DNA of 64,000 nt from the human T2T-CHM13v2.0 reference genome, Homo sapiens. The notes under the pieces were generated by a model. The model was not told the DNA's origin. It searched no databases and was given only the letters and a program-made list of their open reading frames with translations. Each line of letters starts with the position of its first letter. The first letter of the stretch is position 1. Location of the stretch: the NCBI RefSeq assembly GCF_009914755.1, contig NC_060948.1; one strand, written 5' to 3'. The position numbers and the translations under genes were made by a program. Shown here piece by piece: positions 28,770-41,960 of this stretch.

Positions 28770-30024
28770 CTGGAAAAGAAGGTTGAGCATGATGACTAGT
28801 AAGCATGTCAGAAGGTAAAGCAAGGTGCTACTTAGATTAGATAGACTTGATGTTAAAGGGGATGAGGGTTATTCTGTATTAATTCTTTCTCTACTAGCAG
28901 AGCTGTCAAATCCTGAAAATGTGCTCTACTACTAGGCTTCACTTTAAAAAACTGAAGAAAAGTAAGTACATAAACATTGCAAAGTATATCTATTAACTAT
29001 TAAATTTCTGTATACTCATCAGTCTAAGTGAGTAATATATTAAACACCTCTCACTACAATTGGGATTTGTCTACATAAATAGATATTCATAAAATTTGCC
29101 TCAGGTGTAGGTTGAGACAATGCTGCTGAGACATTTAAATTTGTGACTGTTATATTATCTTTAAAATATATTTTCATATTTTGATATTTCTTATTTTGTC
29201 TGTTACCTTATAAATTATATTTTATTATCCCTCTTTATTGTTTGTATTTTCCTTAAAACTCTCCTTTGCCTTGTATAATATCAGTGACCTTACTTTTTTG
29301 ATAAATACCTGTTGATTTTCTCTAAACCTTTATTTTCAATATTTCAGGGTGATTATTTCTAGGTAAAAGCAATTTTTTCTCAATCTAATATTAGAGTACT
29401 TTATATTTTAACACAGAAATATAAACCGTTTACATCTAATATGGTTACTCTCATAGCTCTCTAACTAATATCTGATTAGAGAGTTGTTCTACCCTAGATT
29501 TTCTTTGTCTCTGCTTTGGCATATCTGCCTTAGTTCTTCTCTCCCCTTCCCCACCTGCCACCTATTTTCCTAATTGTGTTGATTTAATTTTCTTACTCAT
29601 ATTTATTTCTTTTCCTGCTTTTGACATTTGTCACGATATTTCTAAACTTTCTTAGCTTATCAGTAGAACCCAGTTAGTTAACTTTTTTCTAACAAAGTAA
29701 CACATTTATTAGCCTCATAAAAAATTCTTGTAATACCTCTTTCATTTGGATATTTATTCTTCTTGCTAAAAAAAGGAAACAAGGAAACCTTTATTCTTCT
29801 TTTCCCTGGTGTTTTGATAGGTCTTTGATATTTGCATAGTCTTCATAAGTTGAAAAATGTATCTCTAAGTAACAAAAACATATGTGGAATAATATTCTGT
29901 GTAGAGATAATTTTTGTATTCTGCCTGTTGCCCTTTCTAAACATTTTTGTCTCATGGTGTTTTTTTTAAATGCAGATGAAAGTTTCCTAATCTGAGCTCA
30001 ACTTTCATAACTTCCCTTTCATGT

Positions 30025-30257
30025 ATGGCCACCAGATAAAATGAAGGATTCCCAGTTACATTTTCATTTTAAATAAACAACAAACAGCATTTTAGTATAA
30101 TTCTCAATAGCTTTGTAATTTAGTAATATTCTCAATATTGCATGGACAGACTTATACTGAAATATAATTCTTTGTTGTTTGTCAATACATTGCCAAATTT
30201 CAAATTAAAATGTGATATTTAAATTCCTGTATTTTCCCCCTACATCTGGCAACCTTA
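30025..30257. mobile_element. Palindromic hAT-derived MITE (MER53-like), unit 1 copy
   Basis: ccagataaaat...cccagtta...aaacaac...ttagtataa...atattgcatggac..acttatactgaa...ttgttgttt...cctgtatttt...tctggcaacc; internally symmetric. Confidence 0.7.
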
Positions 30258-30329
30258 CTTTCACATCTACTTAGGAAATTACTTATTCTTGCTATATTTA
30301 TGCTGAATCTTCTGTATAAAAAACAAACA

Positions 30330-30641
<312 letters not shown>

Positions 30642-32334
30642 TTAATATATGCTTCATTTAGACAATGATGAATAATTGTCTATTTAAAAAATTTGTATCC
30701 TGTTACCCACTTGTTTTTCCCTTAGATTCCATTTCTTCATCCCCAAAAACACCTAACCCTAGTTATTATGAAGACTCTTTTGATTTAACTTTTCATTTTT
30801 GAGGGTGACCCCTAAGCATCTTGACTATCTCTTAGGGCATGGAACTTCCAACATTGATTTTGCAATGTTGTCTTTGAAGTGGTAAATGAAAGTTAACCTT
30901 TTAAATGTAAAGTTATTATTGGTGGGTGGGCAGTTTTATGTTAATCTTTTCAGGTTTTTAAGAACTTAATTGTTCAATCTAGTATTTTATTCCAGTTTCT
31001 TATTTTAAGGTAGTTGTATCTTTCAGGTAATATGAAAATCATCTCTTCAGTCTAGAATATCACACTGGATAGAGGTTGAGATATGAAATTTTAAGTCATG
31101 GCTTTGAGTAAAAACCTCATTCTGTGTTAGATCCCAGTATCTGTGGGCATGGCTTTCAGTATTGACTCAAATGTTCCCACTAAATGTCTGAGCAATATGA
31201 ACTTTCACCAATGATTTAGGCAGGGGGTCCAGCCCTCTTGAACAAAGAAATGGTTTCTTTCCTGGGAGTATATCCAACTTTACTCTTCAATTGACTACTT
31301 CAACAAACTACTAAGGTTAATCTCAACCAATATTATTGGAGTCCAAACCTCAGAAATGATGTTTTTCTTGATAGTGAGTTTGAATTTTTAAAAAATAATT
31401 TTGTCTTACACTTATAGTCTCTGGGTGTCATGAGAGTTGCTTTTGCAAATTTTCACTTTGCTCCAGAGAGCTAGAAATAAGTGCTTGATTTCTATCAAAT
31501 CACTTGTTACTTAACAAAGAAAACCTCTGAGAAAGGTGTTATTACTATATCCCTTCTGCAGTTGAAGCAAGACATATTTTTGCTTACATTTTCTGAAAAC
31601 ATTGCCAATGGTATTATTTTTCCAAGTGTATGGAAGGTATTCTATCTTTTCTTCACTGTCCTATATTATTTATATGCTATAAATCATTGGCTATTTCACA
31701 TATATTTCACATATATTATAAAAACTTCTTTGAGATTATTTAATTTTGGTGAAAACTTTATTTTATACAATCAGTTCATTGTAGGTATATCTAATCATGC
31801 CATTCTCTGTAATATTATCTTCCTATGATTTCTTTGCATGATACTTTAAAAGCCTTTCTATAACTTTCACTTTTTAGAATTCCCAGTTACACTGCAACAC
31901 ACCAATGTTTCTGACATAATGTCAGAAGGGAAACACAGACTCTGAAAAGTAGAAAGAGAAAGACATTTTCTCTAGGGACTTCACAACTTGAAGAGTGACA
32001 GTATGTAAATTTACTGGGATTTTTAGGTCTTTCATGTATCCCAGATGATGGACTGTAGAAGCTTCTAATTGACAAAGTCCAATAGGCACAGATAAAAAGG
32101 GCTTCAAGGAAATACTGTTTTCTCCCAGTCAATGAACCAGAAGAGGATGACCTACCAACACACAAATCCAAAGAACACTTCTAGAGAGAATATCCAAGCT
32201 ACTCAAAAGTCAAGCCCTGTCTTTGTTTGGGGCTCAGTGTTTAAATGTTAATCTGTTAAATCAGGGTGCACACAATACAATTCTTCTTTTCCACCCACTG
32301 GTCTCTACTATTCCTTAATTCCTGCAACATTTTC

Positions 32335-32352
32335 TGGGAGCTCATCCAGGAT
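32335..32352 (+). promoter_or_regulatory. Primer binding site, tRNA-Pro type (degenerate)
   Basis: tgggagctcatccaggat just after LTR end ...gcaaca; differs from the canonical Pro PBS TGGGGGCTCGTCCGGGAT by three G>A changes. Confidence 0.75.
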
Positions 32353-35300
32353 TGGAGACAACAGGTATGCTGTTTCTTTTGCCTGTCAGACTGGAGCTCC
32401 AGGCCAGGAAAGACCTGTGACCCCAGGTGCACCATCAGAAGAACTTCAACCTGAAAGAGAGGCCAGATGTCCTGTGACCCTGTGCACCCCCCGAAAGCAC
32501 AATGGAACTTAAGGGGCTACAGGACAATTCCAGGGACAGCATGCTGCTGAACCATGGGAAGGTTTGGGGCCCAAGGAAGGACCCATACCATAAAGATGGA
32601 ATGGGAGTCTGATCACCTCCCAGTGCGTATCTAGTTATCCAAATCAGGACACAAGATTTGCTCTCTAATTCAGATGAAACCTACACCATAACCTCTGAAG
32701 AGGAACTGAGAGTGGAAACTGTGTGAATGCATGTGCAAGAGTAGGGCGATGTATGTGGGGCTGCAAGTCTCTTAGCATAGACCATATGTCCCAAGTGAAG
32801 TGTGGGACCAACCAGGATTACTGGCATATGTCCTCCGGAACTACCACATATGGCTTAGTCAGGCACCACACAATTTAGTGATTGTGGTGGTCTGGGTTCA
32901 GGGGTTATACAAACCATCCATTAAAGCTAAGCATCATCTGAAATACTCCCACAGGAGAGGTGGTCTAATCATTCTGAAGCAAAAGTAAAAGAGTAAGTGT
33001 ATGACACTATAACTGGGAGGAGATGTGAGGGAAGTTGTCAAAACCCACCATATTAGAATACACGTTAAAAAGTTTAAGAAATGTTACACTGGGAATTGTA
33101 GTATCAAGTCGACTCCCCAGAGGTAAAAGAGTCTTTGTAAAATAGAGAAGCCCTATTTTAGTGTTGGGTGGCCAGCTGAAGGAACAATAGATGGGGAATA
33201 ATTGACCATGCACATCAAGTGGTGACTGGGGTCAGAGAATAGCCAGGGTATCCAGACCAATTTTTTTATATTGACTTATGGCTAAATATCATCCCAACCA
33301 GCATGGCTACAGTCTTTCCTGATGGCTTACTGCAAAACGCTTGTTGCTCAAGCTGAGCCTAAAGTGAAAGAGGAATCAGCTTCACCAGCAGCAATGGAGA
33401 AAAAGGGAAAGCCATAAGAAGGGCAAGAAAAACTGGCTTTGTGGAAACCACCAGAAGAGACAGAAATCCCTCCTCCCTATACCCCAATTAGCCCCCTTTT
33501 ACCAAGGCCAATGGCCCATGAGGAGTCAAATTCAGATGGTGACACACCCTGGGTTTCACCCCAAAGGGAGAAATCAGAGCCCCTGCCCCAGGAGGTCAAG
33601 GAGGAGTGTCAGAATAATCAAGTGAGCTGCCTCTGCTATGGCCATGCCCTGGTTCTGCAGATGCCTTTCAAGGAGACTTGGGGAGGCCTCTACTTTGATG
33701 AATATGGCCATACGTAAGGGGGGAAATGGACCCTTATCTACCAGCCTATTTCAATCACTGATCCCCTAACTGGAAACACCATATTCTCTCCTACATGAAG
33801 AAGCCCCTGGCCCTCATAGATCTGATACAGTCCATTTTCCAGACACATAATTCAATTTGTCCAGATAGTAAACATCTTCTCCTGATGCTGTTTAACACCA
33901 AAGAGCATGGAAGGATGGCTCATTCAGCCCTCAACTGGCCAGAAGCCCATGTGCCAGAAGGCACATTTAATTTCCAGGCATACTCTCAGGTCCAGTTCCC
34001 AGAAGCACACTCCCACTGGGACCCAGATGATTTGACCAGTTTCAGCATCTGCAGGCATACTGAAAACCACTCTTGCAAAGGCTAAAGGAAGGCAGAAAAC
34101 AGGTAATCAATATAGAAAAAATCTCAGAAGTGCTTCAAGAAACTGACGAGAGCCCTAGCAAGTTTTATTAGAAACTGTTTGAGGCATTCTGGCTTTACAC
34201 TCCATTTGACCCCAAGGATAAGAACCAGCAGATAGTAAATGCAGCATTTGTAGGACAAGCCCAGGGGGACATAAGATGAAAAGTGCAAAAGCTAGATGGT
34301 TTTGCAGGCATGAATGCCACCCAGCTTTCAGAATTGGCCACGAAGGTGTATGTTAACTGTGACCAGAAAGCACAAAGTGAGGCTGATTGGAGACTCAGGA
34401 AGAAGGCCGATCTACTAGTGGCAGCCCTCATGGAAAGGGAAGCTATCATCACAAGCAGATGCAGATGCAGACTCAGATGTGGAAGGGGCCAAGCAGGGCA
34501 GAGACCCAAAAGTCAGCTGAGACTAGATAGAGATCAATATTTGCACTGCAAAAAAAGGGGGTCCCTGGAAAAATAAGTGTTTAGAGGGTAGTAAAAGAAA
34601 TAACAGAGGACACAAAACTATCAAACAGCCAGCCAAGGACCACCACACCATGAGGGAGCCAGGCATCAACTTAATTGGGCTGGCAGAGACCGAAAAATAG
34701 GAAGACTATGCAAGACCGGGCTCCATCTCCCAAGTCCCCAGGAGCCCATGATCACAGTAGAAGTAGGGGAGCAACAGATGGACTTTATGGTGAACACCAG
34801 CTCTAAACACTCAGTAGTGACACAGCCCATAGGGCCACTATCTAAACATGATACAACTATTATTGGGGCTACAAGGGATCCAGAAAGGAGGCCATCTTGC
34901 TGGCCTAGAAGGTATGTCATAGAGGGACAAGAAGTCCAACATGAATTCCTATACCTCCCAAGTTGCTCAGATCCCCTACATGGAAGAGATCTGCTCCAGA
35001 AACTGACAGCACAGATTTCTTTTGGGCCACACGAGGATATAACTTTAAGCCTAACTCACCCAAAGGTCATGGTGTTAACCCTCATTATTCTGCAGGCTGA
35101 GGAATGAAGAGTATAGACAAAACAGTCACCAGAACTGTCTCATAAGCCAGGGCTGGAGAAAGTGTTTACACTACTGGGTAAAATTTTTGGAGTATGGGCT
35201 AACAATAACCCACTGAGCCTGGCTGTAAAGGCTGTAAATCAGGCACTGATAATAGTAAAGCTAAAACCAGGAGCAACTCCAGTTCAGGTTCACCAATACC

Positions 35301-38300
35301 TATTTCTCTGAGAAGACACGCGGGGTATTCACAAACATTTAAAGTGACCCTTCAAACACAGAATCTTAGTCTGGTAGTCTGGTGTGAGTCACCCTGGAAC
35401 ACTCCACTGCTACCAAAACAAAATACAGAGTCTGGTAAATCTAAACCAGTGCAAAACTTACATGAAATGAACCAGGCTACTGTAACCTTCCACCTGGTGA
35501 TACCAAATCCGTACATGCTAATAAGATTCATTCTGGCAAGTGCTGCCTGATTTACTTGACTAGACTTAAAGAATATTTTCTTCTATCTGTGCCTGGCACC
35601 AATTAGTCAGCCCATCTTTGCATTTCAATGGGACGATTGAGTCACAGGCACAGGGGAGCAGCTCACATGGACTAGACTCCCACAAAGATTCAAAAACACT
35701 CCTACAATCTTTGGAGACACACTGGCCTCAGACATCAAGGCCTTCACCACACCAAATGACAACTACACCTTGCTACAATACATAAACGACCTTCTCCTAG
35801 CAGCCCCAACCCCAGGGGGCAGATACCAAGGAATCCAAGACTTCCTCCATCTCCTTTATGGAAAACTGGTTATAACGTATTCAGAAAGAAGGCCAAATTT
35901 GCCAAGAAAGTGTCAAATATCTGGACTTCATAGTAAGCCAATGGGAACACCAGCTCAGCAGTGAGCAAAAGCCATGTCTTTATGCACTCTCAACTCAAAC
36001 CACCCAGTGCCAAATGGGAAAATTCTTGGGGAATGCAGGGTTCTGCTGTATCTGGGTCCCAAATTTCTCACTAATTGCCAAGCCCTTATATAAAGGCACA
36101 AAGAGAGGGGAAAGGAAACCCCTCCTTTGAGAGGCTGTCCAGGAAAAGAAGGTGTTTAAACAAGCCAAAGAAGCCTTAACACAGGCCCAAGCCATAGGAC
36201 TGCCAAATATAAGTAAGCCTTTCTTTCCACATGTCCATGAATAAAAGGGATTGGCTATAGGTGTCCTGACCCAAGTTGTGAAATCATGAATTCGCCCGGT
36301 GATGTACTTATCCACACAATTGAACTCCTTGGCCCTAGCATAGCCTCCTTGCCTTAGGGCACTAGCTGACACCACCCTATTGGAACAACAAGATAGAAAA
36401 CTAGCTCTAAGACAACAGCTGACCATCTGGGTATACCACAGTCAGTTCTAACTTTAATGGATTAGACAGCGCACTATTAGTTATCAAATCCAAGAGTGAC
36501 TCAGTACCAGGGGCTCATATGCAAAAATCCCGACATAACTTTGGAAATAATAAACACCCTTAACCTGGCTACCTTAGTCCCAGTCAAACCAGGGGTCCTC
36601 CTTCATGACTCTGTGGAAACAGTAGATGATGTATTCTCAAGCCAGAAAGACCTTATAGAGCAACCCCTCTGGGACCCAGATGGTAAATACTATATACTGA
36701 AAGGGGTCCGTGAAACTGGGTATGCAGTGATAACATTAGATTCAGTGGTAGAAGCTCAGCCCACCAGAACATCAGCCCAAAAGGCAGAGCTAATAGCCCT
36801 AATGAGAGCGTTCTGCTGACAAAACGTAAAATGGCCAATGTTTATACTGATTCCAAGTATACTTTTGCCACGCTGCCTGATAATGGGGCTATATATAAAG
36901 AAAAAGGATTCTTAACTGCGGTGGGCCAAAAAGAAAAAAAAGTACAAAGAAAAAATTCTGCAACTCTTAGATGCTGTATGGACTCCAAAGAAGACAGCTG
37001 CTATGCACTGCAAGGGGCACCAAAAGCCAGGATCACTGGAGGCCAAAAGGAACAAAAAGGTAGACAGGTATGCAAAAGGGGCAGCAATGACTACCCATAG
37101 ACAGACAGACAGCCATAGCTGACTCTCCTCCCAAATATGCACCTCTCAGAGGTTTCAAGTTACCTCCAAATGAGAAGCTCTGCTTTTCCCAAGGGTCTGG
37201 AAAATATATAAAAAGGGACGGTGAAAATTCTCCAATAGGAGGCTAGCCAACCACGAAATGCTGGCCCCAAAATTTGTAAAACAATTCCATCAAGGAACCC
37301 ACATGGGAAAAATGTCACTGAAAACACTGCTAGGACACCATTTCTATGTGCCACAGCTCACTGTCATCACTTGATCTGTCTGCAAACAATGTCTAACTTG
37401 TGCCCAGAACATTCCATGACAAGGGCCCACTTGGCCCCTGGGAATTCAGGAAATGGGAGCCACACCCTGTGAAAACCTTCTTAGAAACTTCACTGAGATG
37501 CCCCAATCAGTGGGCTGTAAGTACATACTGGTGATTTTCTGTACCTTTTCAGGATGAGTTGAGGCTTTCCCCACCCTAACAGAGAAATCATGAGAAGTAA
37601 CAGAAGTACTGTTAAGAGACGATATCCCCAGATTGAGAATGCCTCTAACTCTAGGGTCAGAAAATGGACTGAAATTTGTGACCGAGACAGTTCAGGGACT
37701 ATTTTCCACTGGCCATCCCCAATCATAGCTCAAATTAGGGGTGAACTTTGCAAACTAGGGAATTAACTTTAAGAAGGCAAAGGCAGGCGTTAAAGAGAGC
37801 CATGCAAGAGGTCCATGGCTGGGTATGGGAAAGATTGTCCATAAGCCCAACAAACACAGCACACCACTTTAGACCTGGGGACTCTGTGTAGGTCAGAAAT
37901 AAAATCCAACCACTCTAGAACCCATATGGGATGGGCCCCATCCTGCAACCTTGTCCACTTCCACTGCTGTTAACATTGCAGAAATTGTGCGTTGGATCCA
38001 CCACAGTCAACTAAAACTTGCAGCCCAAGACAAGTGGACCAGCAAACATGACCCAGACCATCTGAGCTGGCTAATCCTATGACCTATTTGCCCTGAGAAA
38101 TGATGAAGCCCTACTCTGGTCATTCCGAAAGCTGACTAGTCTGTTCTCAGCTAAAACTTGAGGAGTCAACAGCCCTGCTGTAGTCATCCTGGAAGCTGAC
38201 TACTGTACGTACGTTTGAAGCTGGAGTAAAATATAATAAAATAGTGATAAAAATCTTAAATCCAATCATTGTTTTACTATTGTTCTCTCACTTTGCTCAA

Positions 38301-40475
38301 CCTCCTCCCCTGTGTAAAAACTTCTTCTTTTCCTCCCTGGTATAAACATGTTACTCTTTACTTATTTCCTATTCCAGGCAATAGGAAAGCTAAGCCCACT
38401 TCTTTTCCTCCTAACTATAATACTCCCCTTATTTGTTTCAGAAAAGGAGACCAGAGAAGAGTGCCCACACTGCACTAACAATATGGTCAGGGAGCACCAT
38501 AACCAAAACCCTGTTATATCACACTTATTAAAAGTGTACAGGGACCCACCTAGAAACTTGTACTCACAACGAAACTACTCAGTCTGTGACCCAGGAAATG
38601 GCTAGACTTATATGTGTTATAACCCCAAATTCCTACCTGAGACCTCTTTTAAAATTCATGGGTCAATAGAAGGAAACCTGCTACACCAAACCAAGGTCTC
38701 ATCCTCCCATTGGGGAGTTATGTCCTTATCCTTTAATATATGCCAGTTAACATCCATGGGCTCAACCTTTCCCATAATCTCTAATTCTGAAGAGCACTAT
38801 AATAGTTGCCACAAAAATATATGTTCACCCCTTGCTTTCTTTGCCAGTTTCTCAGAGACAATTTGCTGGAACTGCATAATTCAGTCCTGTAACCTGCAAT
38901 CACTGGGGTGAGTCATACTTACAGCAAAAACAAACTGTAAGGCAAGCACTTGCTACCTGGAAAATCTCAGTACCTTAAAACCGTATCTGGCTGTATGGGC
39001 TACAAGTTTAAAGGCTCCTCTAGGAATACAAGTTAGTGGCCAGAAAACAGACTCAAAAGCCTATTTACATATTATCAAGAAATCTCGGATGGTTACACCT
39101 GAAAACTCTGTTTTAAAATCATTCTGTAAAAATTTCAACCAGGAACTGTTTGAACCCTCTCTCTTAGCCAGAAGCCTATTCAGTTGAAGTATATGGAAGC
39201 CTATTCAGTTGATGTATATTCAACTGGCTGAAAACATAGCCAGCAGCCTACATATCTCCTCATGCTATGTTTGTGGTTGGACCAACATGGGACACCAATG
39301 GCCATGGGAGGCAAGAAAGCTAATGCCCCAAGATAACTTCACTCTTACTGTCTCTTCCCCTGAACCTGTGTTCACAAGCCAGAGCATCTGATTCTTAAAG
39401 ACCTCCATTATCAGAATATTATGCATTTCTTGTTGGAGAAAAACCTTACAGGCCCAGTAGGAAAGTCAACTTGCCTAGAACAATAATATTACAATAAAAC
39501 AGTAGGAAAAACTGTATGTTGTGGTAAAAATAATTCCAAACTGCCCCAACCAGGCCCATTCTCCTGATTCCCTTCTTTAAAGCATTCTTTGTACCAACTT
39601 AACGCTCCTAATACCCGTCAGGTGCCCTCTGAGCTCTACTGGATCTGTGGGCCATGGGCATATTGCCCATTGCTGGCTAAATGGTCAGGGGCCAGTGTAC
39701 TGGAAAAAATTAGGCTGTCTCCTTTCTAATCGCCTTAGGACAGGGAGGACCTTTAGGGTATCCGGTCTATTATAAAACAAATACAGAACAAACAAACAAA
39801 AGACATAACCATAAGAAATTGGTAAAACAATTAATGACCCCCTAAAAATTCCAACACCATGGCTCAGCCACCTGGACAGAAAATGGAATTTGGGGATACT
39901 GCACTCCTATTTACATATTCTACCACAACATAAGGTTACAGGCAGTGCTGAAAATTATTACTAATAACACTGCAAAGACCCTAAATCTGCAGGCCCAACA
40001 AGCCACAAAAATGAAGAATGCTATTCATCGAAATAGACTGTCTTTAAACTACTTCCTAGTCCAGGAAGGAAGGGTATGTGGAAAGTTCAATCTAACTAAA
40101 TGCTGCCTAGAAAGATCATTAAGAATACAACTTCCAAAATCCAAAAATTGGCCCATGTTACAGTCCAGCCTTTTAAAGGGTAGTCTCCAGTTTCCCTCTT
40201 TGGGGGCTTGTTTTCATCCTTTGAAGAATTTAAGATCTTAGTAAAAATAGTTCTAGCCATACTAGGATTCTGCCTTGTTCTAATTTGTCTCTTACCCTCC
40301 TTGTTAAAAACATTCAAGCAGCCATAGAGGCTCTTGTAAACAAACACACGACTACTCAACTAATGGCTCTAACTAAACATCAACCCCTGCCAAATAGGGA
40401 ACTGCTCCCCCTTGAAGAATTACTAGGTGATTCTCTCTATTAATCCTCATTTACAAAAAGCATGAAAGGTGGAAA

Positions 40476-41037
40476 TGAAACAGGGAATGTTAAAAAAAAA
40501 AACATATTCTGTGTACTGAGCTGACTCACTCCAAAAACCCAGGGATAAGCCAGGCCCTGTTGGGGCTCTGATAGCACTATCAGCAGAGATGGGGCCTGTA
40601 AAGAATGGGTTCCAGGAGCAGGAGTGAAAATAACACGTTCTTATCTGTTTCCCCTCTATAGTACTCTCACCCAATACCATTATTCTTTGATGTGCTCTCA
40701 CATATACTTTTATAACTACTTCTGGAAGTTGACAAAAATTTTGTAGGTTTCTGTTTTCCCATCCATATATAATTGAAAGTCATGATACATGCCTGAGTTA
40801 TAACACCTGTCACTTTTTTTTAAAAACTCTCTTCATTCTACTCCTATAAGCTTGCTTGCCCATCCTGCAGATTTCATGCCATTAGCTGCCAACCCTCTTC
40901 AGTTGCATGTATGAAAGTCAAGCCCTATCTTTGTTCAGGGCTCAGTCTTTAAATGTTATTCCGCTAAGTCAACGTACGCCCAATAAAATCCTCCTGTTCC
41001 ACCCATTGGTCTCTCCTGTCCCTTAATTCCCACAAGA
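40476..41037 (+). mobile_element. 3' LTR of the second class I provirus
   Basis: Purine-rich PPT-like catgaaaggtggaaa then tgaaacagggaatg; caataaaatcctcctg; last ~124 bp aligns with 32206-32329. Confidence 0.88.
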
Positions 41038-41658
41038 GTGGGAGCTTTGTCCTTTGTTTCAGGGATGAGCAAACAGCCAGGCTCTTTTCTTTTGGGACCA
41101 AAGTATTTCATCCTCAAATATGAAAGTAATTTTCTCAAGGAAAGCCACCTCTTACTCCCTCCCAAACATTGGAAATACATCTTAAAAATATTTCCAAAAT
41201 GTCTGGTTAGCAGTTTCTTGGGTATAGTCATGGCATTCAGTAACATATAGAATTACTTAAAGAGGCAAGGGATTTTGAGAAGTTTGATTTTGCTTATTCC
41301 AGAATAAATGCGTTTTGGAAACCACTCTGTAAGACCTGATCTAGAGCCTGTCTCTGCTGGGCAGTTTCCTTGGGGCTGATCATACAACAGTGAATCAAAC
41401 CAAGCTCGTGTCATCCTGAATTTCTAGACACTGAGGCAGATGGTCAGCAAACCATTACCCAAGACTGTAGTAGAGTTGGGCTGAAGCAGATGAGTAGGGG
41501 CCATGGCTACAAGAGGGAGTTTTGACCGGCAGCCATTTGTCACAGACCTGGGAAAGGGACTGAAACAAGGTAATAAGATAAAGGAATTCAACTGAATAAC
41601 TTGGTGTTCTGCCTCTGAGGTGGAATGTAGATTATAATACTGGATTTAGAAATTATTT

Positions 41659-41910
41659 ACTGGGTGCAGTGGCTCTTTTGGAGGCTGAGATGAGTGCATC
41701 ATGAGGTCAGGAGATTGAGACCATCCTGGCTAACGTGGTGAAACACCATCTCTACTAAAAATACAAAAATTAGCCAGGCATGGTGTCATGGGCTTGTAAT
41801 CCCACCTACTTGTGAGGCTGAGGAAGGAGAATCAATTGAACCCAGGGGGTGGAGGTTGCATTAAGCTGACTGCTCAACTGCACTCCAGCCTAGGTGAAAG
41901 AGTGAGATTC

Positions 41911-41953
<43 letters not shown>

Positions 41954-41960
41954 TAAAAAA
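41659..41960 (+). mobile_element. AluSc-like element with small 5' internal deletion and (AAT)n tail, unit 2 only
   Basis: ctgggtgcagtggctc..gaggtcaggagattgagaccatcctggctaac...gagtgagattc followed by (aat)14 at 41911-41952. Empty site at ~21020 in unit 1. Confidence 0.92.

Larger units (their letters stand above)
32205..41037 (+). mobile_element. Near full-length class I provirus (ERV3/HERV1-like): truncated 5' LTR, PBS, gag, pro, pol, env, 3' LTR; all ORFs disrupted
   Basis: 5' LTR remnant 32205-32329; gag ~33020-34700 (PPPY late motif EIPPPY; LDGFAGMNATQL); pro 34748-35107; RT (LQYINDLLLA, 35770); RNase H/IN to ~38080; env ~38380-40440 resembling ERV3 Env ([25 protein letters not shown]; [36 protein letters not shown]); 3' LTR 40476-41037. 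Confidence 0.93.
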
